Below are positions 57,172 to 64,000 of a stretch of DNA of 64,000 nucleotides, one piece after another; within the stretch, counting starts at the first letter, position 1; the number at the start of each line of letters is the position of its first letter. The notes under the pieces were generated by a model. It saw only the letters and a program-made list of their open reading frames with translations, made no database searches and was not told the DNA's origin. A program made the position numbers and the translations under genes. The stretch is taken from positions 15,052-79,051 of the forward strand of contig DMXO01000006.1 in the NCBI GenBank assembly GCA_003482855.1, written 5' to 3'. This DNA comes from Candidatus Magasanikiibacteriota bacterium (GTDB taxonomy: Bacteria > Patescibacteriota > Patescibacteriia > Magasanikbacterales > UBA922).

Positions 57172-58653
57172 TTACTCCGCAATTTTTTGTCTTGGCACTA
57201 TATGTATTAGCATATATGGTGGATATATACTTTCAACTGTGTAAGAGATGTCCTGTTCAAATGTTTGTATATTATTGAACCCTGTGGTATCTGTAATCCA
57301 CCATGGGTATTCTGATGCACGTGCTATATAGTAGGAGAGATTTTTTGTGTCTATGGAGATTGGCTCTAGATTTTTTTCGTAGCGTATATACCAATAATAT
57401 GCAGGTAATATGCGTCCCAAATTCCAATTTTCTATGTTATAGGTGATGATCTTTTGATTTTGCGGTATATAGTTGTGTAGATTTTTTGTAAATTGTTGTA
57501 TGGGTGTCTGTCTTGTGTATTGTATTGTATTGAATGTGCGTGCTACTAATACGTATGAATAAGATATAGAAAAGCACCCTATGCAAGTCATCAATATATA
57601 GTTTATTTTCTTTTGTTTTACTTTGGCAAGTATGGTTTTGAGAGACAAACATATGGCTATGTATAGAGGGGGTAGTGCAGGTAATATATACCATTCAAGT
57701 TTTGTTGTAAGTACGTGAGGGGGTATGATCGTAGCAAGAAGCCAAATCATTAAAAATATGTCAAACCATTGTTTCTTTTTTGCTACGAGATATATGAGAT
57801 ATCCTGTACTGAACATTGACAATAGAATGAATAAAATTCCTATTTGTTCATATAGAAAATCCGCATAAAATAATACAAATCCTGCATGACCTTGTAGAGG
57901 GTCTGTAATGCGAGTAAAGAATTGTTCTTTCCAATATATTTGTATGTATGTTGTTCCATATGACGCATATAGGAACAGGTGCCATATGAGCCATGGTAAT
58001 ATGCTGGCGGAGATGATAGTTATTATTTTTTTTGTTGTCCATCGTGGGAGTTTTGCCAAGGGGCGTGATAGTTCTGCTATGATTATTATTGCGATATAGA
58101 CCATCCCCATGACACCGCGGGACATGAGTCCTAGGGCAAGGAATAATGCTATTGGCCACCATGTCTTTCTTTCTCTCATATACATATAGCTTGCAAGTGC
58201 TGTTATGGATAGTGAAAGGGATAATATATCGAAGTCTGCTGTGCGCAACATATGATGGTACCACATTGCAGGCGAGAGAAATATTGCAAGAGCGCCCAAA
58301 AAAGACCATATACTGTTTAATTTTTTGCGTATGATGATATAGACAAGCGGTGCGATGCAAATAGAAAATAATGCGGCAGGTAATCGGAGCGCAAAAGTAT
58401 TGAATCCAAATGTGTTTATTGAAATTGCTTCTAGCCAAAAAGGTAGTGGCTCTTTTTCGAGCCACGTTACCTCCTGAAGTTTTAGGTGGAGGTAATCACC
58501 AGAATTGACCATTTCTCCTACTATATTGGCATATAGTCCCTCATCCCAGTTTGCAAGCTGTTTTGACCCGAGTCTGTAAAATACAAAACATGCACTTATG
58601 AGAAGCAGTATAACTAAAATAAGTATATCTTTATATTTTATAGGTAGTTTCAT
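57172..58653 (-). CDS. GT39/GT83-like (PMT_2, ArnT-type) membrane glycosyltransferase
   Basis: 493 aa and 10 or more TM helices. N-terminal DEGLYANIVGEMVNSGDYLHLKL matches the DE/DD motif loop of ArnT/PMT-family glycosyltransferases. Confidence 0.75.
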   Translation of the reverse strand: MKLPIKYKDILILVILLLISACFVFYRLGSKQLANWDEGLYANIVGEMVNSGDYLHLKLQEVTWLEKEPLPFWLEAISINTFGFNTFALRLPAALFSICIAPLVYIIIRKKLNSIWSFLGALAIFLSPAMWYHHMLRTADFDILSLSLSITALASYMYMRERKTWWPIALFLALGLMSRGVMGMVYIAIIIIAELSRPLAKLPRWTTKKIITIISASILPWLIWHLFLYASYGTTYIQIYWKEQFFTRITDPLQGHAGFVLFYADFLYEQIGILFILLSMFSTGYLIYLVAKKKQWFDIFLMIWLLATIIPPHVLTTKLEWYILPALPPLYIAICLSLKTILAKVKQKKINYILMTCIGCFSISYSYVLVARTFNTIQYTRQTPIQQFTKNLHNYIPQNQKIITYNIENWNLGRILPAYYWYIRYEKNLEPISIDTKNLSYYIARASEYPWWITDTTGFNNIQTFEQDISYTVESIYPPYMLIHIVPRQKIAE

Positions 58654-58704
58654 GTGTATATTGTATCAAAAATAGGTGATATAAAAAACTCGCGTATTGC
58701 GAGT

Positions 58705-58809
58705 TTATTGCGAAAAGAAGGTGTAAAACCTCCGACTAAGTCGGATTGTACTGTCGCTATCGGCGGTACAGAAATCTCCGACTTAAGCGACGCCTTCCTC
58801 GCAATTTCA
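58705..58809. repeat. Copy B of the palindromic 3'-end element (expanded by about 50 nt of nested hairpins)
   Basis: ttattgcgaaaagaaggtgtaaaacctccgactaagtcgg...ctccgacttaagcgacgccttcctcgcaatttcat. The ends match copy A at about 90% identity, and the terminal tca is the TGA stop of rluB. Confidence 0.7.
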
Positions 58810-59550
58810 TATTATATGTTCTTTTTTTACTATTTTCCATCGGCCGACGGGTAACACACCAATTTGCAATTTGCCGATGCGTGTGCGCTTGAGTGAAATA
58901 ACATGGAACCCCAAGCTACCAAACATTTTTCTTATTTGTCTATTTTTTCCTTCTTTCAAAATCACGGTGACTATAGTGCGTCTGCCTTTGTTAAATTCTT
59001 TTTTGATTTCTATGCCTTGCACAAAGTCATCATCTATCTTCATTCCTGCTGTGAGTACTTTTTTTGCATCTCTTGTAAGTGCTTTGTCTATGATTACTTC
59101 GTACTCTTTTTCATGTTCATAGCGAGGGTGAGTGAGTTTGTTTGTGAGTTCACCATCGTTTGTAAGTAAGACTAGACCTTCTGAATCTTTGTCTAGCCGA
59201 CCAACAGGATAGAGACGCGCAGACATTATTCGTTGTTTTGTTGTTTCATCAGTTGGTTTGAAATAATTTTTTGGTGTTATAAGATCAAGTACAGATACGC
59301 CTTGTTCATCGGTAGTGGATGTGATGTAGTCTACGGGTTTGTTCAAAGCAATATAGATAGGTTCGGAGTTCGGAGTTTTTAGTTCTGAGTTATTGACTGT
59401 TACCACATCTTTTTCATTATCAATTTTTGTCCCAAGTTCTGTAGTGACAACATTATTTACTTTCACTTTTCCAGCGACAATAAGTTCCTCTGCCTTTCGT
59501 CGAGAACAGATTCCTAGGTCAGCGATGTGTTTTTGGAGGCGAATAATCAT
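58807..59550 (-). CDS. rluB: 23S rRNA pseudouridine synthase (RsuA/RluB family; S4 domain + catalytic domain)
   Basis: MIIRLQKHIADLGICSRRKAEELIVAGKVKVNN (S4 domain) ...YPVGRLDKDSEGLVLLTNDGEL (catalytic Asp motif). The ORF is open to 59571. Confidence 0.9.
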   Translation of the reverse strand: MIIRLQKHIADLGICSRRKAEELIVAGKVKVNNVVTTELGTKIDNEKDVVTVNNSELKTPNSEPIYIALNKPVDYITSTTDEQGVSVLDLITPKNYFKPTDETTKQRIMSARLYPVGRLDKDSEGLVLLTNDGELTNKLTHPRYEHEKEYEVIIDKALTRDAKKVLTAGMKIDDDFVQGIEIKKEFNKGRRTIVTVILKEGKNRQIRKMFGSLGFHVISLKRTRIGKLQIGVLPVGRWKIVKKEHII

Positions 59551-59590
59551 ATGATTTGAAAAACTCCTCACTGCGAGGAGTTTTTAATTT

Positions 59591-60835
59591 TTATCTGCCT
59601 GCCCCAGCTTGGGATATTGGGTTTTCTCCTTTTTGCCCGCGTTCTCTTATGGTATCTCTCATTGCTTGTGTCGTATGACCCCCGTATATACCCATGTCAA
59701 TTAATATCCTATGAAATTCAAGTTGTCTTCTTTCAACTTGTTTTTCTCCAGCGTTTCGTGATTTAAATAAAGATTTTAATTTTCCCCCTATACCTTTCGT
59801 TTCTTCTGTATTGTTCCATACCCTGGCTTTTCCTAACTTTATATCTAGATATTTGAGTATTTCTATAGTTCTTTGCCAGTTTTCTCCTAGGTTATATTGT
59901 CCGCCGGAGCTGATAACAGCGTCTATAATTTTTCTCTCGGTATCTGTTAGTTCTATAGTTGTATCTTCTTCAACTTCTGGTCCAAGTGGATAAAATTTCG
60001 CTTTTTCTTCGGGTGTTGCTACATGACCGTATGTTGTTGTGCCAGAAGGATGTGTTGGTTTTTCTTCCTGTTGTATTTCTGGTCCGAATGGATAGAACTG
60101 CGCTTTTTCTTCGGGTGTAGCAGTTCTTCCTGATTCTACTTTTTTGCCCGGAGCAACTTCAATTGGAGCCATATCCTTGTCATAAATTTTTAGTAATCGT
60201 AACATGGCCGTAGAATAAGGAGGTTCTTTGAGTCGGGGTTCCTTGCGGAGGAGGGTATATAGTCGTTCACGTACGTCTTCTTGTTCTCCTGCTGTGAGTG
60301 ACGGTTGATTGTGAATTTCAGCTATAGCTCCTAGCTCATCGATAATTGATTGATCATGAGTTTTTTGTTCTTCCTCACCAAATTCTGTCTGGCTTGCTTT
60401 TCCCTCAGGTGTTGTTACGTGATCATGTGTCGTTGTGCCAGGCTTTGTTGACACTGCCGTCTTTTCTCTTGGTAAAGTTGTTTCTGTACTAATTGGCGTG
60501 TGTAGCACAAGGTCAGTTTGATCTTCACTTTCCGGTTCTGGCTCTCGAATATAGACAATCTCTAATCCATCTACTTTGTTTCCCGGTATAGCAAATTGTC
60601 TCCCTACCATTTTTCCCTCTAGTGGTTCTAAAATGAGGCCAGTGTCTTTGTCTTGTGATTTATCTACGACGACACATTTTATGGTTTCCTCTTTTTTTGT
60701 TATGTATTCGACAACCGATTCTCCTTTTATAAAATCTTTTCCTTTTACTGTGATTTTACCACCCTCAATTTTTTTCAAATGAGTTTCTAATCCAGCTAAT
60801 TGTCGCGCTGCATTACCATCTTCAAATCTATTCAT
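59591..60835 (-). CDS. Hypothetical protein with internal TPEEKA-FYP-GPE repeats
   Basis: 414 aa. N-terminal beta-rich segment (KITVKGKDFIKGESVVEYITKK), then repeats GTTTHDHVTTPEGKA, ATPEEKAQFYPFGPEIQQEE and GTTTYGHVATPEEKAKFYPLGPEVEED. Confidence 0.55.
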   Translation of the reverse strand: MNRFEDGNAARQLAGLETHLKKIEGGKITVKGKDFIKGESVVEYITKKEETIKCVVVDKSQDKDTGLILEPLEGKMVGRQFAIPGNKVDGLEIVYIREPEPESEDQTDLVLHTPISTETTLPREKTAVSTKPGTTTHDHVTTPEGKASQTEFGEEEQKTHDQSIIDELGAIAEIHNQPSLTAGEQEDVRERLYTLLRKEPRLKEPPYSTAMLRLLKIYDKDMAPIEVAPGKKVESGRTATPEEKAQFYPFGPEIQQEEKPTHPSGTTTYGHVATPEEKAKFYPLGPEVEEDTTIELTDTERKIIDAVISSGGQYNLGENWQRTIEILKYLDIKLGKARVWNNTEETKGIGGKLKSLFKSRNAGEKQVERRQLEFHRILIDMGIYGGHTTQAMRDTIRERGQKGENPISQAGAGR

Positions 60836-60947
60836 ATAAAAATATTAAAAATTTAAATAACATATACATATATTAGCACTTTTTACCCCTTTTGTCAATC
60901 AAAATCTTGATTTTTTAGCCTAATTTGCTATAGTTAGGCTCCACTTT

Positions 60948-62270
60948 ATGGCCAATTATGCATATCACATTTTAACGTTTGGTTGCCAAATGAACAAAAA
61001 CGATTCTGAACGCATGGAGTCAATTTTGCAGTCTATGGGTTTGAAATCGGTTGAAAAAATGGAGGACGCTGATGTCATTCTTTTAAACACCTGTTCGGTA
61101 CGCGAGAGTGCAGAAAATAGGATTTTTGGACATGCTGAGACATTTTTGAAATTAAAAGAGCAGAAACCACATCTGGTCGTTGGCATAACTGGTTGTATGC
61201 CCGGGCGTGATGTAAAACAAGCCATGAAATCACGTTTGCATGGTGTAGATTTATATTTTCCGACCAAAGATATGATTATGTTGCCGAAATGGTTGAGCGA
61301 ATTGAATCCCAATTTGCGTCCGATTGATTTAGATAAGGATTATTTGTCTGTGAGACCAGTACATAACAATTCGTTTCAAGCATTTGTAACTATTCAGACA
61401 GGGTGTAATCATTTTTGTACGTATTGTGTTGTGCCATTTGCGCGGGGTACAGAGGGTAATCGTTCACTCGAAAGTATACTTGGTGAAGTGCGCGATTTGG
61501 CTGTTCATGGTTGTCTTGAACTGACTTTGCTTGGGCAAATTGTTAATCATTATATTGCCCCTGACCCAAAATTTTTTTCAAAAAAGAATCCTTATACAAA
61601 AAATGATTTTGCAAAATTGCTTTGGGAAATAAATAATGTCGACGGCATAGAACGTATACATTGGACAGCGCCGCATCCATTGTATATGGATGATGAAGTT
61701 ATTGACGCACTTACTCTACCAAAGCAAGTCAATTATATTCATTTGCCCGTGCAATCGGGGAATACGGAGATTTTGAAAAAGATGAATCGTCGCCATGATC
61801 GTGAATTTTATATAGATACTGTCAAAAAAATTAGAGAGAAAAAACCAAATATAGGACTTGGTACAGATATTATCGTAGGATTTTGTGGGGAAACAGAGGG
61901 ACAGTTTGAAGATACTCTGAGTCTGTATAAGGAATGTGACTTTGATATTTCTTACAATGCTCAATATTCACAGCGCAGCGGTACTGTCGCAGCAAAAATG
62001 TTTGTTGATGATGTATCAAAAATAGAAAAGAAGAGACGGTGGGAAAGGCTACAAGTCGTAATGGAAGAAATTACATTCCGTAAAAATCAATTGTATATAG
62101 GAGTGGAAGTTTCCGTATTGGTGGATATATGTGTGGATGGTGTATGTGGGGGCAATTCATTAGAAATGAAGCGTGTTAATTTCCCAGGCAATGAACATCT
62201 GGTTGGTCATATTGTCCACGTACGAATTAACCATATAACAGAGTGGATTTTGTCTGGGGAAATGATATAA
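60948..62270 (+). CDS. miaB: tRNA-i6A37 methylthiotransferase MiaB (radical SAM MTTase with TRAM domain)
   Basis: MANYAYHILTFGCQMNKNDSE (UPF0004 cluster Cys), radical SAM motif CNHFCTYC and C-terminal TRAM domain, adjacent to miaA. Confidence 0.9.
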   Translation: MANYAYHILTFGCQMNKNDSERMESILQSMGLKSVEKMEDADVILLNTCSVRESAENRIFGHAETFLKLKEQKPHLVVGITGCMPGRDVKQAMKSRLHGVDLYFPTKDMIMLPKWLSELNPNLRPIDLDKDYLSVRPVHNNSFQAFVTIQTGCNHFCTYCVVPFARGTEGNRSLESILGEVRDLAVHGCLELTLLGQIVNHYIAPDPKFFSKKNPYTKNDFAKLLWEINNVDGIERIHWTAPHPLYMDDEVIDALTLPKQVNYIHLPVQSGNTEILKKMNRRHDREFYIDTVKKIREKKPNIGLGTDIIVGFCGETEGQFEDTLSLYKECDFDISYNAQYSQRSGTVAAKMFVDDVSKIEKKRRWERLQVVMEEITFRKNQLYIGVEVSVLVDICVDGVCGGNSLEMKRVNFPGNEHLVGHIVHVRINHITEWILSGEMI

Positions 62271-63223
62271 TGAATGCATCTATGGCTGATGAACATACCA
62301 ATTTACCCAAAGTCGTTGTTCTCCTTGGGCCCACAACGTGTGGAAAGACGCAGTGGAGTTTGGATTTGGCACGAGCACATAAAGGAGAGATCATTTCAGC
62401 GGATTCGCGCCAAATTTATAAAAAAATGACGATCGGGACAGCAAAGGTGGTTGGTGAATGGCGTCGTGAAGGCTTATCGAAAACGTATTATGTAGGAGAT
62501 ACGCCTCACTATCTAGTTGACTTTCTTGATCCTGGCAAGATGTTTACGGTCGCTGATTTTCATGATCGGGCAGTCAAACAAATTAGAACCATTGTGAAAG
62601 GTAGTGCCGTGCCTTTTGTCGTCGGGGGTACAGGATTATATATACATGCTATTGTAGATAATTTGGAGATTCCACGTGTAGCTCCCAATAAGAAATTAAG
62701 AAAAAGTTTTGAAGAAAAAACAGAAGATGAACTTATTGAATGGCTTCAGAAATTAGATCCGAAGACGGCAGAGTCAGTGGATCAACATAATAAGCGACGG
62801 ATTATACGTGCTCTCGAAGTCTGCATCTTGAGTGGAGAACCTTTTTCAGCTCAACAAACCAAGGGTGATCCTTTATTTAATGTGTTTCAGATCGGTATCA
62901 AGATTTCTCGTGAGGAACTGTATGATCGCATAGAAAAAAGAGTCGATGCCATGATAAAAGATGGACTTGTAGAAGAAGTACGTAATTTATTGAGACAAAA
63001 GTATAGCTGGGATTTACCGAGTATGAGTGGCATAGGATACCGACAGTTCAAAGGATACTTTGATGGTGAATATAGCCTTGATGAAGCTATCGAACGACTC
63101 AAGCGTGACACGCGTCACTATTCCAAACGTCAGTTTACTTGGTTTCGTAGAGACCCACGCATCAAGTGGTGTGAAACATATGACGAAGCCCAACAATTAG
63201 TTTCTTCATTTTTGAATGTATAA
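62270..63223 (+). CDS. miaA: tRNA dimethylallyltransferase
   Basis: MNASMADEH...VVVLLGPTTCGKTQWSLDLA (P-loop) ...ISADSRQIYKKMTIGTAK...RRIIRALEV. The start overlaps the miaB stop (TAATG). The ORF track begins at 62243. Confidence 0.9.
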   Translation: MNASMADEHTNLPKVVVLLGPTTCGKTQWSLDLARAHKGEIISADSRQIYKKMTIGTAKVVGEWRREGLSKTYYVGDTPHYLVDFLDPGKMFTVADFHDRAVKQIRTIVKGSAVPFVVGGTGLYIHAIVDNLEIPRVAPNKKLRKSFEEKTEDELIEWLQKLDPKTAESVDQHNKRRIIRALEVCILSGEPFSAQQTKGDPLFNVFQIGIKISREELYDRIEKRVDAMIKDGLVEEVRNLLRQKYSWDLPSMSGIGYRQFKGYFDGEYSLDEAIERLKRDTRHYSKRQFTWFRRDPRIKWCETYDEAQQLVSSFLNV

Positions 63224-63225
63224 TT

Positions 63226-63915
63226 ATGTCGCCTTTGAATCCTTTGCAATTAGGTAGTACTAATAATTTTCGTCCTTCTCAAGGGGTGTCTTCAAGTGTG
63301 AGCAGACATGCCCAGGATTTGTCAGTTACATCTATCCAACAAAAGAAAGATAGGACGGCAGCCACAACGTCCATTGGGAGAGCAATACAAAAAAATAGTG
63401 GTTTTGGAGCGACGACGTCTGTCTCTCATATCGGAGAAGAAGACCAAAAGACGTCCTCTATACTGCATAATGCGCCAACAAAAAGGTCAGTGTATGATGA
63501 TGAACAAGCAGATGAAGTGCGCGACAGATTGCGTTATGCACATATTAGGCAGATGATGCGTGAACGTAAAGCAGACGAGAAATTGGCTGTTCAAGCTGCG
63601 CAAGGAGATAAAAAATTTGGATTAAGTCTCGGTACAGGTGTTTCATTTAACCGAATAATACGTGGTGGTTTCAACAAAACATTTGGTAAAATGGTACGCA
63701 AAAATAAGGCGACGTTTAAGAATATTTCAAAACAAGACAGACAAGTATTGGGGGATCTTATTCAGAAACACGCAACTGCTCGAGTCACAGGTACCGGATA
63801 TTCGTATGGAGATAGGAAACGTATGAAGATTGAAGTCGAAAATATAAAGAAGACGGGAAAAATTAGTCGGGAGGATGCCAAAGATTTCAAAAAAATTATT
63901 GATAAGATTAATTAA
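63226..63915 (+). CDS. Hypothetical low-complexity (Ser/Thr/Lys/Arg-rich, likely disordered) protein
   Basis: 229-aa ORF with no recognisable domain and may be spurious. Confidence 0.4.
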   Translation: MSPLNPLQLGSTNNFRPSQGVSSSVSRHAQDLSVTSIQQKKDRTAATTSIGRAIQKNSGFGATTSVSHIGEEDQKTSSILHNAPTKRSVYDDEQADEVRDRLRYAHIRQMMRERKADEKLAVQAAQGDKKFGLSLGTGVSFNRIIRGGFNKTFGKMVRKNKATFKNISKQDRQVLGDLIQKHATARVTGTGYSYGDRKRMKIEVENIKKTGKISREDAKDFKKIIDKIN

Positions 63916-63919
63916 CCAT

Positions 63920-64000
63920 ATGAAAAAATATTTTTTTGTGTTTATATTTTTGTTTATCACAGGTTGTGGAAATACATATATAACATTACCGATCGTAGAA
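63920..64000 (+). CDS. Lipoprotein, N-terminal fragment (continues beyond right edge)
   Basis: MKKYFFVFIFLFITGCGNTYITLPIVE is a signal peptide with an LFITGC lipobox. Confidence 0.45.
   Translation, partial: MKKYFFVFIFLFITGCGNTYITLPIVE

Noticed and set aside
57848-58465. 205-aa minus-strand ORF (other frame) inside the GT39 gene
   Set aside because: Overlaps the well-supported glycosyltransferase frame; His/Cys/Arg-rich shadow ORF.

Overview
This 64 kb window is AT-rich, mostly housekeeping bacterial DNA. Its gene content and organisation are consistent with a small-genome Patescibacteria/CPR-like organism; that is an inference from content, not a search result. Recognisable genes include a partial holA, polA, an H+-pyrophosphatase, trigger factor, the rpmH-rnpA-yidD / dnaA-dnaN origin-proximal cluster, a class A PBP, a LysM-M23 peptidase, comM/yifB, lspA, a DksA/TraR-like protein, a fused G6PD-6PGD protein, ychF, a pilB-pilC-pilM-pilN-pilO type IV pilus operon, mgtC, a Kef-type antiporter, transaldolase, epmA-efp, ruvB, a B12-dependent class II RNR followed by a PduO-type adenosyltransferase, an AI-2E transporter, a GT39 glycosyltransferase, rluB and miaB-miaA. 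There are ten tRNA genes: Cys, Ala-GGC, Ala-TGC, Phe, Pro, Gly-TCC, initiator Met, Gly-GCC and Leu-TAA. No rRNA or CRISPR array was seen. Items worth a second look: (1) a tRNA-Ala-adjacent accessory segment (35.1-40.2 kb) encoding an 1165-aa protein with a LexA-type N-terminal DNA-binding domain and an otherwise unrecognisable ~1000-aa body, plus a divergent small-gene pair separated by a perfect palindrome; (2) three short islets at about 12.7-13.5 kb, 47.1-47.65 kb and 55.1-56.0 kb whose GC (52-65% in sampled 60-nt stretches) and GC-rich third codon positions are foreign to the host, each carrying one small ORF, one of them immediately downstream of tRNA-Leu; (3) a conserved palindromic element (~60 nt) that starts exactly at the stop codon of two unrelated minus-strand genes 45 kb apart; (4) two candidate oriC regions with DnaA boxes (dnaA-dnaN spacer and a 430-bp AT-rich spacer at 22.0 kb); (5) a GC-elevated structured intergenic segment at 21.6-21.8 kb that may be an unclassified ncRNA; (6) a duplicated tRNA-Gly 3' end 150 bp downstream of the tRNA, which looks like an att scar; (7) tandem NrdR boxes in front of nrdJ. 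None of this can be confirmed without database or structure searches.
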